From a virus (Duplodnaviria > Caudoviricetes): a stretch of DNA of 64,000 bases. The translations under genes were made by a program, and so were the position numbers. Location of the stretch: the IMG/VR virus record IMGVR_UViG_3300032017_000001, positions 21,152 to 85,151 of that record, one strand, 5' to 3'. The notes beneath the pieces were generated by a model. That model saw only the letters and a program-made list of their open reading frames with translations. It made no database searches and had not been told where the DNA came from. Of the stretch, positions 52,632-62,558 are shown piece by piece. How positions within the stretch are numbered: position 1 is the stretch's first letter; the number at the start of each line of letters is the position of its first letter.

Positions 52632-53285
52632 GTGCACGACCACCCCACCGACCTCGACGGCTACGACTGGCCCACCTGTAGCCCCTGCGGGCGGCAACTC
52701 CGCCACGACGAACTCGGACGCGTCGCCTGCCGACTCTGCCAAGACCGCGCCGACCACGCCCTGCGGCAACTCCCCGGCCCCGGCGGCATCTACGCCAGCC
52801 TCGCCCACCGGCTCACCCCCGGACAAGGCAGCGATGCGCCCGTCGTCACCATGTCCCGCACCGCACCCCTCCCCGTCCGCCTCGAACCCCTCTCCCTTAT
52901 GGCCCGCGGCGGCGTCGTCACCATCCTCCAGACATGGCTGATCGACTGGCACGAGACCCTCGGATGGCGGCACCCCCGATGGGAAGGCAACCTCCAACAG
53001 CAGTGCGACCAGGTAGTCAAAGCCCTCCGCGTCAACCTCGAATGGGCCGCCACCGACCACCCGGCGTTCGCCGGCTTTCTTCACGAAGTCACCTCCACCG
53101 TGAGGCAGTGCGAGCGGCAGATTACGGGAGAGCGTCCCGAACGCCCCATCGCCGTCGCCTGCCCCTGCGGCAGCATCCTCCGCGTCACCGTGTCCACCCC
53201 CGGCGCCCGCTGCCGCGGCTGCGCCACCCAATATGGCCGCAGCGAAGTCCTGGACCTGCCCCTCGCGGACCGGGCCGCCGCCTAA
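52632..53285 (+). CDS. Zn-ribbon protein, probable late transcriptional regulator
   Basis: N- and C-terminal CxxC pairs; position after early region (inference). Confidence 0.6.
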   Translation: MHDHPTDLDGYDWPTCSPCGRQLRHDELGRVACRLCQDRADHALRQLPGPGGIYASLAHRLTPGQGSDAPVVTMSRTAPLPVRLEPLSLMARGGVVTILQTWLIDWHETLGWRHPRWEGNLQQQCDQVVKALRVNLEWAATDHPAFAGFLHEVTSTVRQCERQITGERPERPIAVACPCGSILRVTVSTPGARCRGCATQYGRSEVLDLPLADRAAA

Positions 53286-53386
53286 CAAGCACCCAGATTC
53301 GGCGACTTCCCGGTAGAATTGGGGCAGTTGAAACCCCGGCGACGGCGGCAACCGTCCCGGGGTACGGCCGACTGGTTGGAGTCGAC

Positions 53387-53986
53387 ATGGCCAAGCCTCG
53401 CAGAAGTCGCGCTGAATCGCGATTCGGGACCCAGGACCCGAGTTGGTACAGCGACCGGATCCCGCATGCGGACAAGGTGGAGCGCGACGATCCGGCGCGT
53501 ACCCACATCCTCATTCAGCTCCACTACATGGAGCAGGCAGGCGTCGAGATCGACGCCAACGCCGTAGACATCGCAACCAAGATGGGCCGCGCCCGCTACC
53601 AGCGAGCCATCGAGCAGCGGCCAGTGCTGGACGGAGACGTGCCCTCATGGCGGAAGGGCCCCAGGGAAGCAGGAGACCTTCCCGGGATCGTCTACTACAT
53701 CCGCATCGGCCATCTCGTGAAGATCGGCACCACGATCGATCCTGCCAACCGGTTCACCGATCTGCGCCCCAACGAGATCCTCGCTTACGAGCCCGGCGGC
53801 GAGATCCTGGAACACCAACGGCACACCCAGTTCAAGGCCCTGCGCGCACGGGGCGAGTACTTCCACCCGGGCAAGCTCCTGCAGGAGCACATCCTGCACC
53901 TGAGGGCCGAGCACGGCACCCCTTCGTGGAAGGTGACCACCGTCCCGGACGGGCAGGACTACTTCCCTCAGGAAGCAATCGCGTAA
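53387..53986 (+). CDS. GIY-YIG (T5orf172-like) domain protein
   Basis: VYYIRIGHLVKIGTT...E..RH.QF...R..GEYF. Confidence 0.75.
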   Translation: MAKPRRSRAESRFGTQDPSWYSDRIPHADKVERDDPARTHILIQLHYMEQAGVEIDANAVDIATKMGRARYQRAIEQRPVLDGDVPSWRKGPREAGDLPGIVYYIRIGHLVKIGTTIDPANRFTDLRPNEILAYEPGGEILEHQRHTQFKALRARGEYFHPGKLLQEHILHLRAEHGTPSWKVTTVPDGQDYFPQEAIA

Positions 53987-54107
53987 TCCGCACTTGCGGG
54001 GGGCTTGACAGGAACTGTAATCTCAGAAATTGATCGTGGAACTTCTGTCGCTACAGTCCACCAAGCCCTCGCCAGCCGAGGGCTTTCGTGGTTCCAGGGG
54101 AGGCGAC

Positions 54108-54341
54108 ATGGCCACCTTCCCCAACCCGGACCCTCGGGACGTCGACAACCGTGACGACGTCGGAGACATCTGGCAGGCCGCGCGCGCGGCGGGCGTGAAG
54201 CCCGGCACCATCCGCGTGTGGGTTCACCGGCAGAAGGTAGAGCCCTTCCTGGCTGACGACGGCGGCCCCGAGGTCTTCCACATTCCCACGATCATTCGGG
54301 CAGCCCAGGTTCGCCCTGGCCGCCCACGAGTAGCCGCCTGA
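54108..54341 (+). CDS. MerR-like HTH protein
   Basis: AARAAGVKPGTIRVWVHRQKV; GGAGG RBS; TTGACA at 54005. Confidence 0.7.
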   Translation: MATFPNPDPRDVDNRDDVGDIWQAARAAGVKPGTIRVWVHRQKVEPFLADDGGPEVFHIPTIIRAAQVRPGRPRVAA

Positions 54342-54357
54342 GGGCGGACGAGGAACC

Positions 54358-54612
54358 ATGACTGCATCCGACAGTGCCGAGCTGTACCCGGAAGACCTCG
54401 TCTTCGAGCACGAAGCGGTCGCCGCCACCGGAGTGCCCGGCCCCGTCATACGGCAGTGGGCCCGCCGCGGGAAGATCCGCCGCTTCAAGGGCCGACCCGG
54501 CGAATACTCGGGCCAAGGGCACGAGTACAAGACGATGTACGCGCTCCCCGAAGTGCGGGCACGTGCTGAGACCTACCGGCCAGTGCCGCAGCGGGCACCG
54601 CACGCCGCCTGA
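54358..54612 (+). CDS. MerR-like HTH protein (paralog)
   Basis: AVAATGVPGPVIRQWARRGKI. Confidence 0.7.
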   Translation: MTASDSAELYPEDLVFEHEAVAATGVPGPVIRQWARRGKIRRFKGRPGEYSGQGHEYKTMYALPEVRARAETYRPVPQRAPHAA

Positions 54613-54809
54613 TCTCCTGCGCCCTGGGTGTGCGCAGGCCGGGGCCTTGTAGCGCCACGCGCTCGGCCCTCTTGTCCGCCCTGGTCCTAGTGGGGGGCCA
54701 GGGCGAACAACAAACCCCTAAGCGGGGCGGAACCGGTCGCCGCCCCGAGTCCCGCCGCCCGAACGCCCCCGTCCAGACGGCGGGACACCCCAACCTCAGG
54801 GAGGCGACC

Positions 54810-54905
54810 GTGCCCGACGAGTACGTGCTGCGACTGGAAGCCTCCGGCGAAGTCACCCCCGCGGCCAACACCGACACGGAGTCCGAGACCGAGGAGGAGC
54901 AGTGA
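54810..54905 (+). CDS. Micro-ORF (VPDEYVLRLEASGEVTPA...)
   Basis: GGAGG RBS, GTGA coupling. Confidence 0.55.
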   Translation: MPDEYVLRLEASGEVTPAANTDTESETEEEQ

Positions 54906-55300
54906 CCGCAGGACTCGCCCCCGCCCTCGTCTCCGGCTGGCTCAACACCCTCCGCGCTGCAGGCTCCGCCTACAGTGCGGTCGCTGGCACGTTCGCCCAG
55001 CTCCACACCGGTGATCCCGGACCGGCCGGAACCGCCAACACCTCCGCCGGCACCACCGCGCGGAACAGTTTCACGTTCGCAGCCTCGGCCTCCGGCTCGG
55101 CGCTCGCCCTGGATGCGCCGCCCGCGGCGTGGACCAACGACGGGACGTCGGAGACGCTCACCCACATCTCCGTATGGACAGCAGCCTCCGGCGGCACCTT
55201 CCTCTTCTCCGTCGCGCTCACCGCATCGAAGGCGTGGGCTGACAGCGATCAGTTCACGCTCTCCACCCTCACCGCGGCCCTCACCCCACAGTCCGCCTGA
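54902..55300 (+). CDS. Virion fibre/collar-associated protein (actinophage minor-tail type)
   Basis: LHTGDPG.AGTAN...W...ETLTHISVWTAASGGTFLF pattern. Confidence 0.7.
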   Translation: MTAGLAPALVSGWLNTLRAAGSAYSAVAGTFAQLHTGDPGPAGTANTSAGTTARNSFTFAASASGSALALDAPPAAWTNDGTSETLTHISVWTAASGGTFLFSVALTASKAWADSDQFTLSTLTAALTPQSA

Positions 55301-55323
55301 CGGCCTGACCGGAGGCGCTCGGC

Positions 55324-56364
55324 ATGACCTCCTACCTCGCACAGGCCAACACCGGAACCGACGCGCTCGTGTCGTCCCGATCCGTCACCAAGCCCGGCAA
55401 CGTCACCGCTGGTGCTGTGGGCGTGTTCTGGCTGGTGCGGTGGAGTGAGTCAGCCAGCTTCCCCCCGGTCACGCCGCCTGCCGGCGCTGTGCTGCGTGGC
55501 ACCATCGCCACCGGCAACCTGCAGACCCTCTGCTACCTGCACACGGTCGCCGACGATACGGCGTTCGCCTACTCGTGGACCGGGACCCGCTGGTCCTGCC
55601 TCGCCGCACTCTGGTTCGACGGCGTCGACCCGGCCCTCGGCCTGGCCACAACCCCGTTCCAGTCGGCGACAGGCAGCAGCGCCAGCATCACCGCGCTCAC
55701 CGCCTCCACCGTCAACGAGGCCGCGCTCGCCTGGCACGTCAACACCATCGACAGTGCCTCCGGCATCACCCACACCCCGCCCGCCGGCTACACCGAGACC
55801 GCGGACGTTCCCCCGTGGGCGACCGCCTACCGCATCGCATCCGGTGACGGCGACCACACCGCAGACGGGGCCACGCTCAGCGGCAGCCGAACATGGGCGG
55901 CCGGCCTCGTAGCACTCGCCCCGCCCCCGACCGGCGAAACCGGCGATGCGGCACTCGCCGGCACCGCCACGCTCGCCGGGACAGGCCTACGCTCCACCGC
56001 CGACCATGCAGCACTGGCACCCGCGGCCGGCCTGGCAGCATCCGGGGTCCGCAGCGCGTCCGGGACGGCAGCCCTCACCGGGACCATGTCCGTCACAGCC
56101 GACAGCACACTGGCAGCCACCACCGACGCCAGCGCCACGGCCACCGCAGCCCTGACCGCGGGCGGGCAGACAGCAACCGCAGCCACCGCCCAGCTCGCCG
56201 CCACAGCAGCACTCACAGCCAGCGGCACCACACTCACCGACGACGACATCACCATCACCGTCGGCGCACCGCACAGCCCGTGGACCGTCAGCCCACCGAC
56301 GGCCGCCGCCTGGACGGCGAGCCCGCCACACACCAGCGACTGGAGGGTGGGCCCGCCATGCTGA
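55324..56364 (+). CDS. Beta-rich structural protein with Ala/Thr-rich repeat tail
   Basis: ORF track; GTATLAG-type repeats. Confidence 0.6.
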   Translation: MTSYLAQANTGTDALVSSRSVTKPGNVTAGAVGVFWLVRWSESASFPPVTPPAGAVLRGTIATGNLQTLCYLHTVADDTAFAYSWTGTRWSCLAALWFDGVDPALGLATTPFQSATGSSASITALTASTVNEAALAWHVNTIDSASGITHTPPAGYTETADVPPWATAYRIASGDGDHTADGATLSGSRTWAAGLVALAPPPTGETGDAALAGTATLAGTGLRSTADHAALAPAAGLAASGVRSASGTAALTGTMSVTADSTLAATTDASATATAALTAGGQTATAATAQLAATAALTASGTTLTDDDITITVGAPHSPWTVSPPTAAAWTASPPHTSDWRVGPPC

Positions 56365-56648
56365 TCCCCGCCACCTCCACCGAATACCTGCACATCCCCG
56401 TCACCCCACCCGATGGCACCGACCTCACCGGATCCCCGGTACAGATCGCAGTCATCGCACACGGAGACAACCCCAGCGGCGACGAATGGCACACCGCCGA
56501 ATGGGCCGACAGCCAGGCCCGCCTGCTCATCGGACCCGACAGCGGCGCACTCACCCTCACCCGCGGCACCTACCGCGTGTGGATCAACGTCGACCCGCCC
56601 GGCGCTGAAAACCTCGTGCGCCTCTCCGGCACCCTCAACATCACCTGA
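56358..56648 (+). CDS. Ig/BppU-like small structural adaptor
   Basis: ARLLIGP...LT.GTYRVW...G.L.I pattern. Confidence 0.55.
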   Translation: MLIPATSTEYLHIPVTPPDGTDLTGSPVQIAVIAHGDNPSGDEWHTAEWADSQARLLIGPDSGALTLTRGTYRVWINVDPPGAENLVRLSGTLNIT

Positions 56649-56683
56649 ACCCGCGCCGCGCGGCGCCCAACCGAGGAGGCCGC

Positions 56684-57064
56684 GTGGCCAACCTGACCCT
56701 CACCGCCAGCAATCAGGCACTCGCCTGGATGTTCGGCCTCACCGCCACCGCCCCCGACGGCGACCTCCAGGTCGCCCTCGTCACCGCCAACGGCACCGCC
56801 AGTGCAGCCGGCACCGAAGTCACCGGCGGCACCTACGCCCGCCAGGACCTCACCGTCGCCGCACCCACCGGCGGCGCCACCAGCAACGCAGCCGAGATCG
56901 TATTCGCGGGCATGCCCGCCTGCACCGTCGTCGGCGTCGAAATCTGGGACAGCGCCACCAGCCCAGTCCGCTGGTGGCACGGGGCCGTCGACACCCCCCG
57001 CACCGTCGCCGCCGGCGACGACATCCGTTTCATCGCCGGAGAACTCGACCTCACCCTGGCCTGA
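56684..57064 (+). CDS. Virion fibre-associated protein, paralog of 54902..55300
   Basis: VALVT..GT...GTEV.GGTYARQ...EIVF..MPA.TV.GVEIWD. Confidence 0.7.
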   Translation: MANLTLTASNQALAWMFGLTATAPDGDLQVALVTANGTASAAGTEVTGGTYARQDLTVAAPTGGATSNAAEIVFAGMPACTVVGVEIWDSATSPVRWWHGAVDTPRTVAAGDDIRFIAGELDLTLA

Positions 57065-57076
57065 CGGGAGGCGAGA

Positions 57077-58195
57077 ATGCCGTCCCTGTCCACCCTCGTC
57101 GACTCCTTCAACGACGGCATCCTCGGCCCCGAATGGGGCAACGCCTACGGCGGCACCACCGAAACCGGCGGACGCGCCGTCGTCCCCTGCACCACCGGAT
57201 ACGCCGGCTGCCAAACCGGCTACGCCTGGACCCTCGCCGGAGCATCCTTCTTCGTGCAGGTGCCCACCACCCCCGACCCGACCGGCGCCACCACCGAAAC
57301 CTACTGCGCCGTCACCGTCCAAGGCACCGTCGAAGGCACCCGCGTCGGCTTCATCATCAACAAGGTGGCCGGGCTGCTCCGCTGCGTATCCGAGACCGGC
57401 TACTGGGATGCTGCAGCCGTCGAAATCACCTACGACGCCGAAGACCACCTGTTCCTGCGGCTCGCCGAAGACGGCACCAACCTCGTGTGGTCCACCAGCC
57501 CAGACGGGACAACGTGGACCACCCGGCGCACCCTCGCCACCCCCGCCTGGATCCCCGCCGACGCCGAACTATGCGCCCTCGACATGAGCGCCCACCGCGA
57601 CGGCGGAACCAACGACGTAGCCGAATTCGACTACTTCAACACCCTCTCCGACGCCGCTGTGTCGAATCTGTCCGCCGCTCTCACCGCCACCGCCGTACTC
57701 GACGCCGCAGCCCCCACCCTCACCGCCGGAGCCACCGCCACCCTCACCGGCGACACCACCCTCACCGCCCCCCTCACCCTGTCCGCCCGCCTCACCGCCA
57801 CCCTCACCGGCGAGAGCACCCTCACCGCCCACGCCGGAGCCGCGCCGATCCCGGAGGTGGCAGCCATGGCAGCCGGAATCCGCAACCTGCACATCGAGCA
57901 GGGCGCGACGTTCGTCCAGACGTACACGGTCGTCGACCCCGCCGACTGGACGTGGGACGGATGGACAGCCGCCGCGCAAATCCGGTCCGCGCCCGCCGAC
58001 AACGGTGAACTCCTCTGCGACCTCACCCCCTACCTCACCGTCACCGGCCCAGCCGTCCGGCTCGCCATCCCCGCCGCCGTCACCGAAACCCTCACCCGCA
58101 ACGGCGTCTGGGACCTCGAGATGACGCTCGGCTCCACCGTCGTGCGCATCCTGCAAGGCAAAGCCGCCGTCTCCCTGGAGGTGACCCGGCCATGA
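57077..58195 (+). CDS. Lectin-like beta-sandwich, Thr/Ala repeats and LtfC/BppU-like C-terminal domain
   Basis: IEQGATF...W.A.AQIR...VWDLEMT..RILQG pattern. Confidence 0.6.
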   Translation: MPSLSTLVDSFNDGILGPEWGNAYGGTTETGGRAVVPCTTGYAGCQTGYAWTLAGASFFVQVPTTPDPTGATTETYCAVTVQGTVEGTRVGFIINKVAGLLRCVSETGYWDAAAVEITYDAEDHLFLRLAEDGTNLVWSTSPDGTTWTTRRTLATPAWIPADAELCALDMSAHRDGGTNDVAEFDYFNTLSDAAVSNLSAALTATAVLDAAAPTLTAGATATLTGDTTLTAPLTLSARLTATLTGESTLTAHAGAAPIPEVAAMAAGIRNLHIEQGATFVQTYTVVDPADWTWDGWTAAAQIRSAPADNGELLCDLTPYLTVTGPAVRLAIPAAVTETLTRNGVWDLEMTLGSTVVRILQGKAAVSLEVTRP

Positions 58196-59097
58196 GGATC
58201 GCGGTCACCGGCGAAACCAAACCCGACACCATCGACGTCACCGGCGGACGGCCTGCCACCGTCATCGAAGTCGACACCACCATCGTCGTCGGAGGCGACG
58301 GCAGCGTCGTCTCCGTCAACGGCGTCCTGCCCGACGGGTCCGGCAACATTGGCCTCGACGCCGACGCCGTGGGCGCCGACCCCGAAGGCACCGCCACCAC
58401 CGTGGTGTCCGCCCACACCGCAGCCTCCGACCCGCACGGCGACCGCGCCCACGCCGCCAGCACCCTCCTCGCCAAAACCGCCAACCTGTCCGACCTCGCG
58501 GACACGGCAACCGCCCGCACCAACCTCAGCCTCGGCGACGCCGCCACCCGCGACATCGGCACCACCACCGGCACCGTCGCAGCAGGCGACGACAGCCGCC
58601 TCGCCGACGCCCGCACCCCCACCCCACACGCCGCCACCCACACAGCCGGCAACACCGACCCCGTCACACTCACCCAAGACCAGATCACCGGACTCACCAC
58701 CGCACTGGCCGCACTACTCCCCCTCGCCGGCGGCACCGTCACCGGAACGGTCACGTCACACCGCGCGGCGGCCACCGACAGCGTGGTAGCCGGCATCGTC
58801 GGCGCCGACACCTTCGACCGCGTCCGCATCCGGGCAGACGGCCTCATCGAAGTCGGACCCGGCAGCGGAGCCCGCGACACCAACTGGCGGCGGTCCGCAG
58901 CCAACGAATGGACCACCGACGACTCCGTCGTGGTCAGCCTGACACTCCGACATCTCGGCACGAACCTCGGCTTCTACGGTGCCACCGCCACCACCAAACC
59001 CGCCGTCACCGGATCCCGCGGCGGCAACGCAGCCCTCGCCTCACTCCTCACCGCACTCGCCACACTCGGCCTCATCACCGACAGCACCACCGCCTGA
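58192..59097 (+). CDS. Fibre protein with phage tail-fibre repeats
   Basis: HTAASDPHGD, NLSDLAD.ATARTNL, GTVAAGDDSRL, HAATH, ITGL..AL repeats. Confidence 0.7.
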   Translation: MRIAVTGETKPDTIDVTGGRPATVIEVDTTIVVGGDGSVVSVNGVLPDGSGNIGLDADAVGADPEGTATTVVSAHTAASDPHGDRAHAASTLLAKTANLSDLADTATARTNLSLGDAATRDIGTTTGTVAAGDDSRLADARTPTPHAATHTAGNTDPVTLTQDQITGLTTALAALLPLAGGTVTGTVTSHRAAATDSVVAGIVGADTFDRVRIRADGLIEVGPGSGARDTNWRRSAANEWTTDDSVVVSLTLRHLGTNLGFYGATATTKPAVTGSRGGNAALASLLTALATLGLITDSTTA

Positions 59098-59111
59098 CCA
59101 GGAGGGACACC

Positions 59112-59822
59112 ATGGCCGACGACCTCCTCGTCATCATCCCCACCCGCGGCCGGCCCCAGGCCGTACCCGAGCTCGTCGCCGCATGGGACGAAACCGGCGC
59201 CACCGCCGACCTGCTGTTCGCCGTCGACACCGACGACCCCGAACTCGCCGCCTACAAGAAGCACGCCGCCACCCTCAAGGCGGACCCGCGGTTCCGGTTC
59301 ACGTTCGGCAAACGCCGACGCCTCGTCGGCACCCTCAACCAGCAGGCCGTCAAGGCCGCCAAGACCTACCGGTTTCTGGCGTTCATGGGCGACGACCACC
59401 GGCCCCGCACCGCCGCCATGCCATGGGACGCCCGCATCCGCGAATGCCTCTCCGCCGGGCCCGGCATCGTCTACGGCAACGACCTCCTCCAAGGCGAGAA
59501 GATGGCCACCGCCGTCGCCATGACCTCCGACATCGTCACCACGCTCGGCTACATGGCGCCGCCCGCCATGGTGCACCTGTGCGTCGACCTGTGCTGGGTC
59601 GAGTGGGGCCGCGGCATGCAGCGGATCACCTACCTCGACGACATGGTCATCGAACACCTGCACCCCGCAGCGTCCAAGGCGGAGTTCGACGCCGTGTACG
59701 AGGAGTGCAACAGCGAGCAGCAGGTGTCCGCCGACACCGCCGCCTACTACGACTACTGCGACGGCGGCGGCCTCGAAGCCGACCTGGACAAGCTGCGGAA
59801 CCTCGTCGAGGAGGCATCGTGA
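59112..59822 (+). CDS. Glycosyltransferase, GT2-like
   Basis: VIIPTRGRP, FMGDD (DxD-like), H..VD..W. Confidence 0.8.
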   Translation: MADDLLVIIPTRGRPQAVPELVAAWDETGATADLLFAVDTDDPELAAYKKHAATLKADPRFRFTFGKRRRLVGTLNQQAVKAAKTYRFLAFMGDDHRPRTAAMPWDARIRECLSAGPGIVYGNDLLQGEKMATAVAMTSDIVTTLGYMAPPAMVHLCVDLCWVEWGRGMQRITYLDDMVIEHLHPAASKAEFDAVYEECNSEQQVSADTAAYYDYCDGGGLEADLDKLRNLVEEAS

Positions 59823-60418
59823 CCGCCGCCGACGTCATCCAGGCCTGGGACCAGGCCGACCCTGCTGCGATCCACCCGTTGCGGCGCGTCTCCGAAGAGG
59901 CGTACTGGGCATCCGGTGAAGCCCAGGCCAGCATGCTCGCGTCGGTCATTCCCGACGGGGCGAAGGTCATGGACTTCGGCTGCGGAGACGGCCGCGTCGC
60001 CATCCCCCTCGCCGCCCTCGGCTACGAGATGACCGCCGTCGACTCCTCCCAGCGGATGCTCGACCGGCTCACCGAGCACGCCCCCGACCTCACCACCGTG
60101 CAGGCCGACGCCGACGGCATCGCCACCCACCTCGGCCGGCGCCGCATGGACGCCGCCTACGCCCTCGCCGTCCTCATCCACCACAGCTACGCCGACTGCC
60201 TCCACATCATCGGCAAGCTGCGGGCCGCAACCAAGCTCGGCGGGACCCTCGTCCTCGACTGGCCCGTCTCCGAGACGCCCGGCGAAGCCGACAACTGGAT
60301 CGGCGTCACCACTTGGTCCCCCCGGCAGCAAGCCGAAGCCTGCGAGCGGATCGGGCTGGAGCCCGTCGACAGCGACCTGCCGTGGGGCGTCTACCGGGCA
60401 GTCAAGGCGGGCAACTGA
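59819..60418 (+). CDS. Class I SAM-dependent small-molecule/glycan methyltransferase
   Basis: VMDFGCGDGR, AVDSS, VLIH, GGTLV. Confidence 0.85.
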   Translation: MTAADVIQAWDQADPAAIHPLRRVSEEAYWASGEAQASMLASVIPDGAKVMDFGCGDGRVAIPLAALGYEMTAVDSSQRMLDRLTEHAPDLTTVQADADGIATHLGRRRMDAAYALAVLIHHSYADCLHIIGKLRAATKLGGTLVLDWPVSETPGEADNWIGVTTWSPRQQAEACERIGLEPVDSDLPWGVYRAVKAGN

Positions 60419-61299
60419 TGCGCGTCCTCCTGACCGGGGCGTCCGGCTTCGTAGGCCGCCACCTCCACCGCGCGCTCGCCGACCGCGGCGACGACGTGTT
60501 CGCCATTGACCTGCGCCCCACACCGGGCGTCCAGGTCGGCGACGCCCTCGACTTCTTCCGCCACGACGACACCCGCTTCGAGCTCGCCATCCACTGTGCG
60601 GCGATCGTCGGCGGCCGGGCCAGCATCGACGGCTCCCCGCTCGGCGTCGCCACCAACCTGGCGCTCGACTCCTGGTACATGCGCTGGCTCGCCCGCACCC
60701 GCACCCCGCGCGCCGTCTACTTCTCCTCGTCCGCCGCCTATCCGGTAGAACTTCAGCAGCCGGGCGACGTGCGGAAGCTGTACGAGGAAGACATCAGCCT
60801 CGACTGCCCGGAGCAGCCCGACGCCACGTATGGCTGGGCGAAGCTCACCGGAGAGAAGCTCGCCGCCTACGCGGAGGCCGAAGGCTGCCGCATCCTCATC
60901 CCGCGGCCATTCAGTGGCTACGGCGAGGACCAGGACGTCTGCTACCCCTTCCCCGCATTCACCCAGCGGGCCCGACGACGCGACGACCCCTTCGAAATAT
61001 GGGGAAGCGGCGACAGCACACGCGACTGGATCCACATCAGCGACCTCGTCGGCGCCACCCTCGCGTTGCTCGACGCCGACGTCACCGGTCCCGTCAACCT
61101 CGGCTGGGGCAGGGCCACCAGCTTCAACGACCTCGCCCGCATCGTGTGCACGGCCGCCGACTACCAGCCCGCCTACAAGCACCGGACCGACGCGCCGCAA
61201 GGCGTCCACCACCGCGTCAGCGACCCCGGCCGCATGCTCGACCACTACCAGCCGGCCGTCACCCTCGAAGAAGGCGTGCGCCGGGCGCTCAACGCGTGA
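60418..61299 (+). CDS. NAD-dependent epimerase/dehydratase
   Basis: LTGASGFVGRHL, YFSSSAAY, YGWAK, RDWIHISD. Confidence 0.92.
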   Translation: MRVLLTGASGFVGRHLHRALADRGDDVFAIDLRPTPGVQVGDALDFFRHDDTRFELAIHCAAIVGGRASIDGSPLGVATNLALDSWYMRWLARTRTPRAVYFSSSAAYPVELQQPGDVRKLYEEDISLDCPEQPDATYGWAKLTGEKLAAYAEAEGCRILIPRPFSGYGEDQDVCYPFPAFTQRARRRDDPFEIWGSGDSTRDWIHISDLVGATLALLDADVTGPVNLGWGRATSFNDLARIVCTAADYQPAYKHRTDAPQGVHHRVSDPGRMLDHYQPAVTLEEGVRRALNA

Positions 61300-61315
61300 A
61301 AGCCGGGGTGGCCAC

Positions 61316-61564
61316 ATGACCGAAGCGCGCGTCGAACTCCGCGTCATCGCCAAACTCGAAGCCGACTTCGACAAGCACCAGCACCTCCTCGCCGGCCGCG
61401 AACTCACCCGCCGCCGCGAAGGCGACCACATCATCCTCACCTGGCTCGCCCCCGACGCCCCACCCGGAGCCGCGGTCATGAGCCCCTGGTTCACGCTCGT
61501 CGGCGACCGCACCGAACTCGGCGGCATCGACTACTACGACACCGCCGGATACCGCATCACCTGA
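61316..61564 (+). CDS. Hypothetical protein
   Basis: ATG 61316 in frame 60830..61564. Confidence 0.55.
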   Translation: MTEARVELRVIAKLEADFDKHQHLLAGRELTRRREGDHIILTWLAPDAPPGAAVMSPWFTLVGDRTELGGIDYYDTAGYRIT

Positions 61565-61584
61565 CACCCCACGGAGCCCGCGCC

Positions 61585-61767
61585 ATGGCCCAGTACCTGA
61601 TCAACTACCTTGACGGCGAGTCGGAGACTGTGACCGCCGCCGACCTCGCACCCTCCGGCAGCCAGTACATCGCCTGGGTCGCAGACGGCTCCGCAGCCGC
61701 CTTCATCTCCGCCGCCAACGTCCGCAGCATCATCCGCCAGAACGACGCGGAAGCGACAGACCGATGA
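61585..61767 (+). CDS. Small beta-rich protein
   Basis: GGAG RBS; ORF track. Confidence 0.6.
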   Translation: MAQYLINYLDGESETVTAADLAPSGSQYIAWVADGSAAAFISAANVRSIIRQNDAEATDR

Positions 61768-61976
61768 CCGCCGTACCCAGCTACCGCGAACTCGCCCAAC
61801 GCACCCTCGGCCAAGCCGCTCAGGATCTCAACGCCATGCCGCAAGGCAACGTGGCCAGCGCCGAGATCACTGCCCGTGCCGCCAAGGCGCAAGCCATCGC
61901 CACCGTCGCCGCAGCCCAGGCCCTACTCGAGATTGGCGACGTCCTCCGCGAACATCTCCAGCGAGGTGACGCCTGA
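61764..61976 (+). CDS. Hypothetical protein
   Basis: ATGA coupling. Confidence 0.6.
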   Translation: MTAVPSYRELAQRTLGQAAQDLNAMPQGNVASAEITARAAKAQAIATVAAAQALLEIGDVLREHLQRGDA

Positions 61977-62350
61977 TGGCCCGCCTGCAGATCCTCGAAC
62001 TCCCCGAAGGCACAGGCGACGACCGGCCGCCATTCCTGCTCGTCATCGACCAGGCCCCCGCCGACCTTGCTGGCTTCGATGCACTACGCCGCGACCTCGG
62101 CGAACACGAAGCCCTCATCGAGCGCATCGGCGCTCGCGCCGTCCTCGTCTTCGAAGAGACCATCGACATCCCCGCCAACGACCCGGCAACCCCCGTAGAT
62201 GAAGCCTTCAAGGGCGAAGTCCAAGAGTGGGCCGCAGGGATGAACGAGACTCTCGCACGCATCGTCGACGCGATCAGCCACCCCAAGAAGCGCCTGAGTC
62301 GAGACCAGGTCGTGCCGGAATTCGGCGGGCACCCCGAGCCCCATGCCTGA
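61976..62350 (+). CDS. Hypothetical protein (RLQILELP..PFLLVID motif)
   Basis: TGATG coupling. Confidence 0.65.
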   Translation: MARLQILELPEGTGDDRPPFLLVIDQAPADLAGFDALRRDLGEHEALIERIGARAVLVFEETIDIPANDPATPVDEAFKGEVQEWAAGMNETLARIVDAISHPKKRLSRDQVVPEFGGHPEPHA

Positions 62351-62549
62351 CGTGACGGTGAAGCTGTCCGACGGTATCCGCGAGGTCACCGTCGAGATCC
62401 ACGGCGCCGACGACGACCCCCTCGCCCGCGCCGAAGAGACCGCCGTCCGGCTGTACGACCACGCCGTCTCCAGCAGCCCCGTCGACCGGCGGGCCGGCTT
62501 CGGCGGATGGGCCGTCAGCAGCGATACCGAACGCAGCCCCGACGAGTAG
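62343..62549 (+). CDS. Hypothetical protein
   Basis: ORF track. Confidence 0.6.
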   Translation: MPDVTVKLSDGIREVTVEIHGADDDPLARAEETAVRLYDHAVSSSPVDRRAGFGGWAVSSDTERSPDE

Positions 62550-62558
62550 GAGGCGGCC

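Noticed and set aside
38788-53986. Two GIY-YIG/T5orf172 genes as intron-encoded homing endonucleases
   Set aside because: Both are free-standing; no interrupted host gene or intron structure visible.
55900-57840. Ala/Thr repeats as collagen or DGR variable repeats
   Set aside because: No Gly-X-Y periodicity, no reverse transcriptase and no adenine-specific TR/VR pair seen.
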